Assembly: GCA_007128175.1 (NCBI GenBank)
Contig: SKXY01000091.1
Location: 1 to 46,886, forward strand
DNA: 46,886 bases
DNA from: Wenzhouxiangella sp.
Lineage (GTDB): Bacteria; Pseudomonadota; Gammaproteobacteria; Xanthomonadales; Wenzhouxiangellaceae
Direction of reading: 5' to 3'
The notes under the pieces were generated by a model. The model saw only the letters and a program-made list of their open reading frames with translations, was not told the DNA's origin and did no database searches. Positions 9,760-20,189 of the stretch are shown here, one piece after another. Each line of letters starts with the position of its first letter. Positions within the stretch are counted from its first letter, which is position 1. A program made the position numbers and the translations under genes.

Positions 9760-11414
9760 CCTGGTTCGGTTCCGATGCGGATGCTGCGATCGTGTCGCGG
9801 CACGAGCGCGGGATCATGGCTGATCATGATGACCGTCCGGTCACCCAGCCAGCTCTCCAGCCCGGCCTGCATGGCATGTGCGCTGGCCGCATCCAGTCCC
9901 GTGGTCGGTTCATCGAGAATGACCACCTGCGGGTCGGTTAGCATGAGGCGCGCCAGGGCGATGCGTCGCAATTCACCGCCCGAGACGTCGGCACCTCCTT
10001 CGCCTATCCAGCTATCCAGGCCATCGGGGAGCGCGTTCAACAGGTGAAGCAGTCCGGCCTGTTCGATGACTGCGATCAGTTGCGCTTCGCTTGCGTCAGG
10101 GGCGGCCAGGCGCAGGTTGTTGGCGAGGGTATCCCGGAACACCACTGGACTCTGGGGCAGGTATCCGATTGAGCGCCGGAGAGTATCGGGATCGACACGC
10201 TCGATGTCGCAGCCTCCGAAGAGTGCACATCCCGAAACCGGAGAGAGCTGTCCCATGAGCAACAAGGCAAGCGTGGTCTTGCCGCCGCCGCTGGGGCCGG
10301 TCACCAGGACGCGTTCGCCGGACTCGATTACGAGGTCGAGGCTCTCGAATAACGGTGGCAGCGATTCGTGGTACCGAAAGCCCAGATCCATGGTCTCCAG
10401 GCTGTGGTCCCGCGGCATGCACATTGGGCCGCTTGTGTTCGGTTCGGAAGGGGCCGATTGCACGAGATCGCCGGCACGTTCAGCCGCGACCCGGCATGCC
10501 GTCAGCCGGCGCCATGCGGCCGGAAGCGGCTGCCAGGCTTCTGTCAGGGCGAACATGACCAGCACGAGCAGAACCAGCACCGGTGCCGAGATCGTGCCTG
10601 CGTCGGTCAGCATGAGTCCTGCGACCAGAACGACCCACAGTCCTCCGAGCCCGATCAATGTGGTCAGCCCCTGGCCGACGGCGTCCAGACGCCCCAGGGT
10701 GCGACCGAGCATGATCATCCGCCGGTTGTGTTCACCCAGTCGCCCGGCCCACCTGCCGGCCTGATCGAAGGCCTTGAGCATCTCCATGCCCTCGAGCCCC
10801 TCGGTGGCGAGCATGCGTTGCACGGGCTCCATTGCAGAGCGTTGCCGGGTGGAATGATGCCCGGCACGGGCGATCAACAGCACGGCGACCAGGTTCAGTG
10901 CCAATACCGCCAATACCACCCAGGCAGCCGGAGCGGCTCCCATCAATGCGAAACCGGAGGCCACGGCGAGCGCCAGCATCAGGGCTGCAGCAACCGGACC
11001 GAGTACTCCGGTGAACATGTGGTCGAGTGTTTCGACGTCGCGCGTCAGGCGGTCGAGTGCATCGCCGCGCCGCAGCTGCCTCAGGGAGTATTCGTCCCGG
11101 TTCAGCAGGCCTCTGAACAGCTTCAGCCGCAGCTCGGCCAGCAGGCGAAAGGTGGCCTCGTGAGTGGCCAGGCGCTCGCCGTAGCGTGCCAGTGTACGTG
11201 TGATGGCAGCCAGCCGGATTCCGGCACCGGGAGTGAAGATATCCAGTCCGATGATCAGCCCGGCCCCGGCCAGTGCGCTGGCGGTGATGAACCAGCCCGA
11301 CAGACCCAGCAGGAACGCGGCCGCGACTAGGCTGAGCAGGATCAGAGCCATTCCCAGCAGCAGCCAGCGCCACTGGCGTTGAATGCCCGGCCAGAGGAGT
11401 CGGAAGAGATTCAT
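9756..11414 (-). CDS. cydC: ABC exporter subunit CydC
   Basis: LLGLSGWFITAS, RYGERLATHEATFRLL, Walker A GPSGGGKTT, VSGGE, ILDEPT. Confidence 0.92.
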   Translation of the reverse strand: MNLFRLLWPGIQRQWRWLLLGMALILLSLVAAAFLLGLSGWFITASALAGAGLIIGLDIFTPGAGIRLAAITRTLARYGERLATHEATFRLLAELRLKLFRGLLNRDEYSLRQLRRGDALDRLTRDVETLDHMFTGVLGPVAAALMLALAVASGFALMGAAPAAWVVLAVLALNLVAVLLIARAGHHSTRQRSAMEPVQRMLATEGLEGMEMLKAFDQAGRWAGRLGEHNRRMIMLGRTLGRLDAVGQGLTTLIGLGGLWVVLVAGLMLTDAGTISAPVLVLLVLVMFALTEAWQPLPAAWRRLTACRVAAERAGDLVQSAPSEPNTSGPMCMPRDHSLETMDLGFRYHESLPPLFESLDLVIESGERVLVTGPSGGGKTTLALLLMGQLSPVSGCALFGGCDIERVDPDTLRRSIGYLPQSPVVFRDTLANNLRLAAPDASEAQLIAVIEQAGLLHLLNALPDGLDSWIGEGGADVSGGELRRIALARLMLTDPQVVILDEPTTGLDAASAHAMQAGLESWLGDRTVIMISHDPALVPRHDRSIRIGTEPG

Positions 11415-13150
11415 TCCGACGTCTCCGTGAGCTCACCGTTCGTCAGTTGCAGCGTTCGATGAGCCCAGGTCACGGCATCAGGGTCATGACTGGCGCAGAC
11501 CATGGTGCAACCCGTCAGCGTGTTGATCCGGTTCAGGGTATCCCAGATGCCGACGGCACTGTGGCGATCGAGACTGGCGGTGGGCTCGTCGAGCAGCAGC
11601 AGGGGGCGTTGCTGCGTCAGCGTTCGCGCCAGCGCCAGCCTTCGTGCCTGGCCGCCTGATATGCCTTCACCGTTTTGCGAAATCGGTGTATTCAGTCCCA
11701 GCGGAAGCTGACGCACCAGTTCGGTCAGGCCGGCCAGGTCCAGCGCACGCCACTGTCGTTTTTCGTCGGCGTCCGGGTGGCCCAGGCGAAGGTTGTCGGC
11801 CAGGCTGGCGTCGATCAGGCCGGATTGCTGCCCCATCCAGCCGCGCAGGCGGGCGAGATCGGCATTGGCGATGTGCTTGAGCGGTACGCCGCCCAGACGA
11901 ACGCTGCCGCCGTCGGGCTCGACAAAGCCGGCCAGCAGCTGCAGCAGGGTGGACTTTCCGCAGCCGCTGGGGCCGGCGATAAGGATACGTTGCCCTGGTT
12001 CGACCGCCAGATCGATTTCATGCAGGATGGGTGCGCGACCCGGCCAGGCCATCGTCAATCCCCGGACCTCAATGCCGATGGCGCTATCGGCATCGACTTC
12101 AACAGGCCGGGTCGGTTCCTGCCGGGCGGGGGGCGCGGCCAGTACCTCACGAACGGCCTCGGCCGCCGCCAGGGCGCCGGCCCGGTCGTGCCAGAACTGC
12201 GATAACTGGCGCAGCGGCAGGAAGAATTCCGGGGCCAGCAGGAGAATGAACAGTCCGGTTTTCAGATCCAGGGCCGGGGCCGGCCCGAACTCGATGTAGC
12301 CGAGCAGGCCGAGGCCGATGTAGATGGCCACGGCGGCAATGGCCACTGCCGAGAAGAACTCCAGTACCGCCGTCGACAGGAAAGCCACGCGCAGCACCGA
12401 CATGGTGCGGTTGCGGAAGTCCTCGATCAGTTCGCCGATGCGTGAGGCCTCGCGTTGCTCCGCGCCGTGACGTCGGATCAGGTCCATTCCCCTGAGCCGG
12501 TCGAGGAAGACGCCGCCGAGTCGCGCCAGGGCAGTCTGTTGTCGACGACTGAGTGCCTCGGTGCCCATGCCGATCAGGATCATGAACAGGGGAATAAGTG
12601 GCGCGGCCAATAGCAGAAACAGTCCGGCCAGCCAGTCGTGCAGAAACACCGCAACCAGAATGGCCGGGATGATGATGGCCACCATGAGCATCTGCGGCAG
12701 GTAGCGGGCGTAAAAAGGATCCAGCGCTTCGATCTGCTCGATCAGCATGGTGGCCAGCGCGCCGCTGCCCAGCCGGTTGCGCAAGGCGGGACCGGCATCG
12801 ATCATGTGCCTGAACAGGCGCGGAACCAGTGCCGAACGCACCCGCGCCGAGGCATCCGCGGCAAGCACGCCGCGTGCAGTCTCGGCGCCTGCACGCAGCG
12901 CAAGAATGACCGCCAGGACCAACAGCGGCGGCCACAGGGTGGACAGATCAGCTTTTTCGATCGCGATGCGGTGGGCGATATCCGCCAGCCACCAGGCCTG
13001 GGCGACCACGATGGCGGCCTGCACAGTGGCCAGCGAGAGCATGCCGGGCTGCAGCCAGCCCGGCGCCTGTTGCTTCAGCCAGTGTCCCGCCGAAATACCG
13101 TCGGGACCGTCACGAGCACCTGCCTTGATGCTCTCATCTATGCGGCTCAA
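11411..13150 (-). CDS. cydD: ABC exporter subunit CydD
   Basis: YARYLPQ, PLIPLFMILIG, RTMSVLRVAFLS, LAPEFFLPLRQL, GPSGCGKST; TTG start overlaps the cydB stop. Confidence 0.93.
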   Translation of the reverse strand: MSRIDESIKAGARDGPDGISAGHWLKQQAPGWLQPGMLSLATVQAAIVVAQAWWLADIAHRIAIEKADLSTLWPPLLVLAVILALRAGAETARGVLAADASARVRSALVPRLFRHMIDAGPALRNRLGSGALATMLIEQIEALDPFYARYLPQMLMVAIIIPAILVAVFLHDWLAGLFLLLAAPLIPLFMILIGMGTEALSRRQQTALARLGGVFLDRLRGMDLIRRHGAEQREASRIGELIEDFRNRTMSVLRVAFLSTAVLEFFSAVAIAAVAIYIGLGLLGYIEFGPAPALDLKTGLFILLLAPEFFLPLRQLSQFWHDRAGALAAAEAVREVLAAPPARQEPTRPVEVDADSAIGIEVRGLTMAWPGRAPILHEIDLAVEPGQRILIAGPSGCGKSTLLQLLAGFVEPDGGSVRLGGVPLKHIANADLARLRGWMGQQSGLIDASLADNLRLGHPDADEKRQWRALDLAGLTELVRQLPLGLNTPISQNGEGISGGQARRLALARTLTQQRPLLLLDEPTASLDRHSAVGIWDTLNRINTLTGCTMVCASHDPDAVTWAHRTLQLTNGELTETSE

Positions 13151-14157
13151 TGACCCGCGTAGCCTTCACCCGCCTTCACCTTGCCGCGAAATACCCAGTA
13201 GGTCCAGGCGGTATAGCCGAGGATGATGGGGATCAGGAACAGCACGCCCAGCAGCAGGAACAGCTGGCTGCCCGGATCGGATGCAGCATCCCAGAAGGTG
13301 TGGTCCGGAGGCACGGCATAGGGCCACATCGAGATCAACAGCCCGATGTAGAACAGGGCGAACAGCGTCATCGATCCGATGAAGGGTGCGACGTCCGAAC
13401 GCTTTCTGAGTTTGCTGAATACCCAGGCAGCGGTCAGCACGGTCAGCAGCGGGAAGATCCATAGCGCGGTGACATGGTCGAACCAGCGCTCACGCACGTG
13501 CTCGCTGGCCAGCGGCGTCCAGATGCTGACGATAACAAAGAAGGCCATCACCGCCGCCAGCAGTTTCGGCGCCAGTTGGTAGGCCCAGTCACGGGTGTTG
13601 CCCTCGGTCTTGAGAATCGTCCAGGTGACCCCGAGCAGAGCGTACCCGGCGACCACGCCCAGGCCGGTCATCACCGTGAAGGCGCTGAGCCAGTCCAGCG
13701 GCCCGCCGACATAGGAAAAGCCCTCGACCTCAAAGCCCTGGATGTAGGCACCGGCGACCGCGCCCTGGGCAAATGCGGCGACCGTCGAGCCACCGAAGAA
13801 TGACCAGTCCCACCGGTGACGGCTTTCCGGGTCGGCCTTGAAGCGGAACTCGAAAGCCACGCCGCGAAAGATCAGGCCGGCAAGCAACAGGAACACGCCG
13901 ATGTAGAGTGCCGGCAGGAACACGGCATAGACCATCGGGAAGGCGGCCAGCAAGCCCGCGCCCCCCAGGATCAGCCAGGTCTCGTTGCCGTCCCACACCG
14001 GTGCCACCGAGGACATCATTTCATCGCGGGCGTTATCGTCGGGCGCGAATGGGAAGAGAATGCCGACGCCGAGATCGAAGCCGTCCATGAGCACATACAT
14101 GAACACGCCGACTCCGATGATGACGATCCAGATCAGTGTCAGGTCAATCAGTTCCAT
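13147..14157 (-). CDS. cydB: Cytochrome bd ubiquinol oxidase subunit II (CioB-like)
   Basis: YVLMDGFDLGVGIL, PVWDGNETWL, RGVAFEFR, YWVFRGKV; start moved to ATG 14157. Confidence 0.95.
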   Translation of the reverse strand: MELIDLTLIWIVIIGVGVFMYVLMDGFDLGVGILFPFAPDDNARDEMMSSVAPVWDGNETWLILGGAGLLAAFPMVYAVFLPALYIGVFLLLAGLIFRGVAFEFRFKADPESRHRWDWSFFGGSTVAAFAQGAVAGAYIQGFEVEGFSYVGGPLDWLSAFTVMTGLGVVAGYALLGVTWTILKTEGNTRDWAYQLAPKLLAAVMAFFVIVSIWTPLASEHVRERWFDHVTALWIFPLLTVLTAAWVFSKLRKRSDVAPFIGSMTLFALFYIGLLISMWPYAVPPDHTFWDAASDPGSQLFLLLGVLFLIPIILGYTAWTYWVFRGKVKAGEGYAGH

Positions 14158-14161
14158 GACT

Positions 14162-15571
14162 TCAGCTCCTTGCCTTGGCGGCGTTGTCGTCAAGACCGGC
14201 CGGGACGGCCGACCAGGGACGCTTGGCGCGCGCGCTTTCGTCTTCGGGCGTCGATTCGACAGGGTCGGGGCCGGCCGAAATCACCCGCTTGAGGTAGTAG
14301 AGTCCAGCGGTGAACACCACGGCGTACACGGCGATGTAGCCAATCAGGGTCAACAGCACCATTCCGCCGGTCAACGACGGCGTGACGCCCTCGCTTAAGC
14401 GCATGACATCCTGGATCAGCCACGGCTGGCGGCCAACCTCGGTAACAAACCAGCCGGCCAGCACCGCCACGAAGGGCAGTGGAATCATCCAGGTCAGCGC
14501 CTTGAGCACTCGCGGCGAGTCTTCCAGCCGGCCGCGCCAGAGCTGCCAGGCCGCGGCCAGCGAAACGACGATGAAGATCAGTCCCAGGCCGACCATGATG
14601 CGGAAGCTCCAGAACACGATGCCCACCGGTGGCCGGTCTTCCGCGGGTACCGAGGTGAGGCCGGTCACCTCGCCGTCGAGACTGTGGGTCAGGATCAGGC
14701 TGCCGAGTCTGGGAATCGCGATCTCGAAATGATTGGTTTCATTGCGTGAATCGGGAATGGCGAACAGGACCAGCGGTGCGCCTTGCTGCGTTTCCCAGTG
14801 ACCTTCCATGGCTGCGACCTTGATGGGTTGCTCCTCGAAGGTATTGAGGCCGTGCAGATCGCCGACGAACAACTGCAAGGGCGTGGCGACGGCCAGCATG
14901 ATGACTGACATCTTCAGCGCCTTGCGGCTGGTTTCTGGATTGCGTCCCTTCAGCAGGTACCAGGCACTGACGCCGGCGACCACGAAACCGCCCGTGATGA
15001 ACGAGGCCAGCGCCATGTGAGCGAAGCGATAGGGCAGCGAGGAGTTGAATATCGCCTGTGTCCAGGAGGTGACCTGGATGATGCCGTCATTGATCTCGAT
15101 GCCGGCCGGCGTATGCATCCAGCTGTTGGCTGACAGGATCCAGAACGAGGAAATGAAGGTGCCGATGGCGACCATGCAGGCCGAGAACAGGTGAGCGCCC
15201 TTGGGCACCTTGTCACGACCGAACAGCAAGACCCCGAGGAAGGTCGCTTCGAGGAAGAACGCGGTCACCACCTCGTAGCTGAGAATCGGACCCATGAAGT
15301 TGGCGGCCGAATAGGAGAAGGTGCTCCAATTGGTGCCGAACTGGAATGCCATGACGATGCCTGAAACCACCCCCATGCCAAACACCAGCGCGAATATCTT
15401 GGTCCAGAACTTGGACAGCTTTTCCCAGACCGGGTTGTCGGTACGGTAGTAGAGGGTTTCGAGGACGGCGATATAAGCCGCCAGGCCGATGGTGAACACC
15501 GGGAAGATGGCGTGAAAGGAAACGACAAAAGCAAACTGGAAGCGGGAAAGGAGAAGTGGGTCCAGTTCCAT
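14162..15571 (-). CDS. cydA: Cytochrome bd ubiquinol oxidase subunit I (short Q-loop, CioA-like)
   Basis: SRFQFAF..SFH, FGTNW, FFLEATF, KVAAMEG, GWFVTEVGRQPW; 469 aa; GGAGG RBS. Confidence 0.95.
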   Translation of the reverse strand: MELDPLLLSRFQFAFVVSFHAIFPVFTIGLAAYIAVLETLYYRTDNPVWEKLSKFWTKIFALVFGMGVVSGIVMAFQFGTNWSTFSYSAANFMGPILSYEVVTAFFLEATFLGVLLFGRDKVPKGAHLFSACMVAIGTFISSFWILSANSWMHTPAGIEINDGIIQVTSWTQAIFNSSLPYRFAHMALASFITGGFVVAGVSAWYLLKGRNPETSRKALKMSVIMLAVATPLQLFVGDLHGLNTFEEQPIKVAAMEGHWETQQGAPLVLFAIPDSRNETNHFEIAIPRLGSLILTHSLDGEVTGLTSVPAEDRPPVGIVFWSFRIMVGLGLIFIVVSLAAAWQLWRGRLEDSPRVLKALTWMIPLPFVAVLAGWFVTEVGRQPWLIQDVMRLSEGVTPSLTGGMVLLTLIGYIAVYAVVFTAGLYYLKRVISAGPDPVESTPEDESARAKRPWSAVPAGLDDNAAKARS

Positions 15572-15657
15572 GATCGGCTACCTCCTGATAGGGCCTGTCT
15601 GTGTTATATCATATCATCCTAATAAGCCGCGTTGATTGAAAATGGTAATGGTGTCGA

Positions 15658-16068
15658 TCAGCCCGTCACGCTGACCAGGACCTCCCGCCGATGCGGGCGA
15701 TGACGGTGTTCCCACAGGAAAACACCTTGCCAGGCTCCCAGGGCCAGGCGGCCGTCTGCGACAGGAATTGTCAGGTCGGTGTCGGTGAGCAGGGCGCGTA
15801 CGTGCGCCGGCATGTCGTCGGGACCTTCGGCGGTGTGTACGTAGCGCGGGTCGCCGTCTGGCACCAGGTCGCCCAGAAAGGTCTCGAGATCACATTGCAC
15901 GTCGGGATCGGCGTTCTCGTTGATGAACAGCGAGGCCGAGGTGTGGCGGATGAATACGTGGCACAGCCCCTGGTTGATGCCGCTGTCGCTGACGCAGGCA
16001 GCGATCTGCGCGGTGATGTCGGTCAGGCCGCGGCCGGTGGTCGGGATAGTCAGGGTGGTCTGTTTCAT
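15658..16068 (-). CDS. yjbQ: YjbQ/UPF0047 family protein
   Basis: [39 protein letters not shown]. Confidence 0.92.
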   Translation of the reverse strand: MKQTTLTIPTTGRGLTDITAQIAACVSDSGINQGLCHVFIRHTSASLFINENADPDVQCDLETFLGDLVPDGDPRYVHTAEGPDDMPAHVRALLTDTDLTIPVADGRLALGAWQGVFLWEHRHRPHRREVLVSVTG

Positions 16069-17162
16069 GACTGATGTGCCTGGCTGGTCATTTCGGCAAG
16101 CAGTTCGGCCTGGTGCGCCTCGGTCAGGGATTCGAGCACGGTGTCGATCTCGCCGTCCATGATATTGTCGAGATCGTATAGCGTCAGGCCGATGCGGTGG
16201 TCAGTGACCCGCCCCTGCGGAAAGTTGTAAGTGCGGATTCTTTCCGATCGGTCACCGGAGCCGACCTGCAGCTTGCGTTCCGCGGCACGTTCGGAGCGCT
16301 GCTGTTCGACCTGTGCCTCGAGCAGACGAGCGCCGAGCAGACTCATGGCCCGGGCGCGGTTCTTGTGCTGCGAGCGTTCGTCCTGGCATTCCACCACGAT
16401 GCCGGTGGGCAAGTGGGTGATGCGAATGGCCGAATCGGTGGTATTGACGTGCTGCCCACCCGCGCCCGACGAACGATAGGTGTCGATGCGCAGGTCGTTG
16501 GGATTGATATCCACGCTGTCGACTTCGTCGATTTCCGGCAGGATGGCGACCGTACAGGCCGAGGTGTGAATGCGTCCCTGTGACTCGGTGGCTGGAATGC
16601 GCTGCACGCGGTGGGTGCCGGACTCGAACTTCAGGCGAGAGTAGACGCCATTGCCGATCAGCCTGGCAATAACTTCGCGGAAACCGCCGGCCTCGCCCTC
16701 CTGGGCGGACATGATCTCGACCTTCCAGCCGCGGCGTTCGGCGTAGCGGGTGTACATCCGCAACAGGTCGCCGGCAAACAGCGCGGCTTCCTGGCCGCCG
16801 GTACCGGCACGAATTTCCAGAAAGATGTTGCGTTCATCGTTGGGGTCGCGGGGGAGCAGAAGTTTCTGCAACTCGCTTTCCATGCGAGCCTGCTCACGTT
16901 CACCGCTTGTGATTTCCTCCCTGGCCATCTCGCGCAGTTCACTTTCGGACTCCTGAAGCATCTGGCTGGCCTCGTCGACTGCTTCCTCGCTTGACTGGAA
17001 CTGCCGCCAGAGCCGTATGATCGGCTCGAGCTCACCGTATTCGCGTGACAGTAGTTCGAACTGCCGTCGATCGCCGATGACATCAGGCGTGGCCAGCAGT
17101 TGCTCGAGTTCCTCAAACCTTTCGCAGGCTTCTTCCAGGCGTGTACGGATTCCGGGATTCAT
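16065..17162 (-). CDS. prfA: Peptide chain release factor 1
   Basis: [19 protein letters not shown] (PxT), [20 protein letters not shown]. Confidence 0.97.
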   Translation of the reverse strand: MNPGIRTRLEEACERFEELEQLLATPDVIGDRRQFELLSREYGELEPIIRLWRQFQSSEEAVDEASQMLQESESELREMAREEITSGEREQARMESELQKLLLPRDPNDERNIFLEIRAGTGGQEAALFAGDLLRMYTRYAERRGWKVEIMSAQEGEAGGFREVIARLIGNGVYSRLKFESGTHRVQRIPATESQGRIHTSACTVAILPEIDEVDSVDINPNDLRIDTYRSSGAGGQHVNTTDSAIRITHLPTGIVVECQDERSQHKNRARAMSLLGARLLEAQVEQQRSERAAERKLQVGSGDRSERIRTYNFPQGRVTDHRIGLTLYDLDNIMDGEIDTVLESLTEAHQAELLAEMTSQAHQS

Positions 17163-18415
17163 GAATCCTCGTCCAGAAAGTAGTAACGGGCGGCAGCCAG
17201 CAGGTCCTCGTCCGCGCTCTCCGCGGCCTGGCGCAGTCGGATGCTGGGTTCGTGCAACAGGCGGTTGACCAGACGATGGCTGAAGCGCTTGAGCACGTCC
17301 TCGGGATCGCGCCCGTGGGCCAGATCGGCCCGTGCCTGCTCCAGTAACTGGTCGCGCTGCGCATGGGCACGACGCCGGAGTGACTTGAGTGTGCTGGTCG
17401 TCCCTTGCAATCTCAGCCAGCGCTCGAACGAGGTCACCTCGGCTTCGACGATAGTGGCGGCCTGCTGCAGCGCATTGAGCCGCTCCTGCTGGGCGGACTC
17501 GATGATGGCGTGCAAATCGTCGATGGTATAGAGAAACAAGTCATCGAGCTCGGCACTGGCCGGGTCGATATTGCGCGGGACCGAGAGGTCCAGCGCAAAG
17601 ATCGGTCGATGCCGGCGCCGACCCAGCGCGGCCTTGAACATGGAACCGGTCAGGATTGCCGCCGGAGAGGCAGTGCAGGCAATGACCAGGTCATGCGATT
17701 CGAGCAGTTCGGGCAGGGCGTCGAGAGTGTGCGCCTGCCCTCCGAATCGGTCAGCCAGTTGCCGCGCCCGGTCTTCACTGCGGTTGGCGATGGTGAGCCG
17801 GTTGATGCCGGCCTCGTGATAGTGCGTGGCGCAGTCCTCGATCATCTCGCCGGCGCCGATCAGGAGCGCGTTGAGGCGATCGAGTGAGCCGAAAATCTGT
17901 CGTGCCAGCCTGAGCGAGGCATAGGGCAGGGTGACCGGGTTGCGGCCGATGCCCGTTTCGGTGCGAACGCGCTTGGCGGCGGAGAAGGCATGCTGGAACA
18001 TCCGGTCCAGGCGACTGTCAAGAGTGCCAGCATCCTGTGCAGTTTGCCATGCCTGCTTGGCCTGGCCGGCCACCTGCGGCTCGCCGATGATCATCGAGTC
18101 CATTCCCGAGATGACCTTGATTAGGTGGTATGTGCAGGCTGAGTGGTCGAGTTGATACAGGTGTTCACGCACCTGGCCGGGACGAAGCTGGTGCCATTCA
18201 TGCAGCCAATCCATCAACTCGCGCGTGATAGTCTGTTCCGACGACACGTAGAGTTCGGTGCGGTTGCAGGTACTGAGTATGCTGCAACCGTCGATGCCGG
18301 GAACCGCCGACAGCGAGACCAGCGCTTCGGGCAGCGACTCGGCGGCAAACGCCAGCTGCTCCCGGATGCTGATCGGGGCTGTCTGGTGACTGATTCCCAG
18401 GGCGAAAAGAGACAT
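17159..18415 (-). CDS. hemA: Glutamyl-tRNA reductase
   Basis: [43 protein letters not shown]; start moved to ATG 18415. Confidence 0.96.
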   Translation of the reverse strand: MSLFALGISHQTAPISIREQLAFAAESLPEALVSLSAVPGIDGCSILSTCNRTELYVSSEQTITRELMDWLHEWHQLRPGQVREHLYQLDHSACTYHLIKVISGMDSMIIGEPQVAGQAKQAWQTAQDAGTLDSRLDRMFQHAFSAAKRVRTETGIGRNPVTLPYASLRLARQIFGSLDRLNALLIGAGEMIEDCATHYHEAGINRLTIANRSEDRARQLADRFGGQAHTLDALPELLESHDLVIACTASPAAILTGSMFKAALGRRRHRPIFALDLSVPRNIDPASAELDDLFLYTIDDLHAIIESAQQERLNALQQAATIVEAEVTSFERWLRLQGTTSTLKSLRRRAHAQRDQLLEQARADLAHGRDPEDVLKRFSHRLVNRLLHEPSIRLRQAAESADEDLLAAARYYFLDEDS

Positions 18416-18428
18416 GCGAGACAAGCTG

Positions 18429-20189
18429 ATGGACAAACGCGCCATTTTCCTACTGGCTGCCACACAGTGCAAGCTTCTTGCTGCGGCAGGGCTGATATCC
18501 CTACTTGCGGGCTGCGCTGGCTCGCCTCAAGAGATGGAGGCGTCTTCTCCTCCGGAATCGGAGTCGCAGCGAGCGGCTGCGAAAGAGCAGGAACGGCTGG
18601 CTGGTGCCGACCCGGAAGTGCTGTTTCATGTCATGGCCGCCGAGCGGTTGATCGGAATCGGAGAGTACCGGGATGCCCTGGACCAGTACCTTGAGGCCGC
18701 GCTGATTGCCGACGATGAAGAACTGGCCAGGCAGGTTTCTCGACTGGCGGTTCAGCTGGGCGAGTGGGATGTTGCCATTGTTGGCGCCGAACGCTGGCTC
18801 GATCTGGAACCGGGGAACCAGGACGCTACCCGCATTCGCCTACTGGCCTGGCTCAACACCGGGCGGATCGATGAAGCGGTTGACGGGATGGTCGAAATGA
18901 TCGAGCGTCAGGACGACTCGCAGCAGGGCTGGCGGCAGTCAACCCTGCTGTTGTCGATGGCCGAGGACGAGGAAGTGGCGGTCGAAGCGATGGCGCGACT
19001 GGTCGAGCGCAGTGGTCGGGATGCCCTTGCAGCCGATATTCTGCATATGCAAAGCGTCCTGTACTGGCAGATCGGAGAGCCGGACAAGGCGTTGCAGCTC
19101 GCGCTCGAAGCGGCCCAGGATGACGAGCGCAAGTATCGTGTCTGGGCGGCACAACTTGCCGCCGAACAGGGAGACCTGGAACTGGCCCTGAGCCAGTATC
19201 GGCTGGCGCGGGCCGAGGAACCGGAGTACGTGCCGCTGGCGCTGTCGGAATCGGAAGTGCTGCGTCAGCTCGAACGCGAAGAAGAAGCGATTGAATTGTT
19301 GCGTGAAATGCCGGCCGACAGCGAGATTCTCTACACGCTGGGCCTTTACCTGGCTTACATGGAGCGCATGGACGAGGGCGTGGCCGTCTGGGCAGAGCTG
19401 GCGGCATACGAGCCTGATGAAGAGGTGCTTCAGCATGCCTTCCTGGTCGCCCGGCTTGCCGACATGCTCGAGCTCGACGATGAAGCGATGCACTGGTATC
19501 GAAAAGTTGATGCCGGCCCCAACAGTGGCCGTGCCCGCACGCGCCGCGCGGTACTGAAGGCAGGGCGTGGTGACCTGGCTGGGGCTCGGGAGTTGCTTGT
19601 TGCCGTGCGTGAGTCCGAGGATCGTCAGCTTGTCGAGGAGGCCTGGCTGATCGAGGCCGAGTTGCTTCGGGATGCCGGCAGGGTGGATGAATCTGTCGAA
19701 CTCCTGGGGAGTGCATTGCGTGAAAAGCCGAACAGTATTCGGCTGTTGTATGCCAGGGGCCTCAATGCAGTGCATGCCGACAATCTCGAGTTGGCCGAGC
19801 AGGACTTTCGCCGCATCATCCAGATGGATGGCGAAAATGCCATGGCACTCAATGCGCTGGGTTACACCCTCACGGACCGAACCAACCGTCACCAGGAAGC
19901 TTACCGGCTGATTCGCCGGGCTCTGGAGATTGAACCTGATGATCCGGCCATTCTCGATTCCATGGGGTGGGTGTATTTCAGGTTGGGACAACCCGGGCGG
20001 GCGTTGCCTTATCTCGAGCGTGCCCTGGAAGGGGAAGATAACCCGGAGATCGCGGCCCATGTGATCGAGGTGCTGTGGACGCTTGATCGTCGGGACGAAG
20101 CGCTGGAGCTGCGAGATCGTGCCATCACCGAATGGCCCGGCGATGATTACCTTGTCGATACGCTCCAACGCCTGGATCTGGACGAGTGA
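18429..20189 (+). CDS. Tetratricopeptide-repeat lipoprotein
   Basis: Lipobox LAGC; C-terminal ALNALGYTL..R and AILDSMGWVYFRLG TPR motifs; hemA/TPR/lolB synteny. Start is 18414 or 18429. Confidence 0.88.
   Translation: MDKRAIFLLAATQCKLLAAAGLISLLAGCAGSPQEMEASSPPESESQRAAAKEQERLAGADPEVLFHVMAAERLIGIGEYRDALDQYLEAALIADDEELARQVSRLAVQLGEWDVAIVGAERWLDLEPGNQDATRIRLLAWLNTGRIDEAVDGMVEMIERQDDSQQGWRQSTLLLSMAEDEEVAVEAMARLVERSGRDALAADILHMQSVLYWQIGEPDKALQLALEAAQDDERKYRVWAAQLAAEQGDLELALSQYRLARAEEPEYVPLALSESEVLRQLEREEEAIELLREMPADSEILYTLGLYLAYMERMDEGVAVWAELAAYEPDEEVLQHAFLVARLADMLELDDEAMHWYRKVDAGPNSGRARTRRAVLKAGRGDLAGARELLVAVRESEDRQLVEEAWLIEAELLRDAGRVDESVELLGSALREKPNSIRLLYARGLNAVHADNLELAEQDFRRIIQMDGENAMALNALGYTLTDRTNRHQEAYRLIRRALEIEPDDPAILDSMGWVYFRLGQPGRALPYLERALEGEDNPEIAAHVIEVLWTLDRRDEALELRDRAITEWPGDDYLVDTLQRLDLDE

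Noticed and set aside
15625-15650. FNR box upstream of cydA
   Set aside because: Only one TTGAT half-site; the other half (AATGG) does not match.
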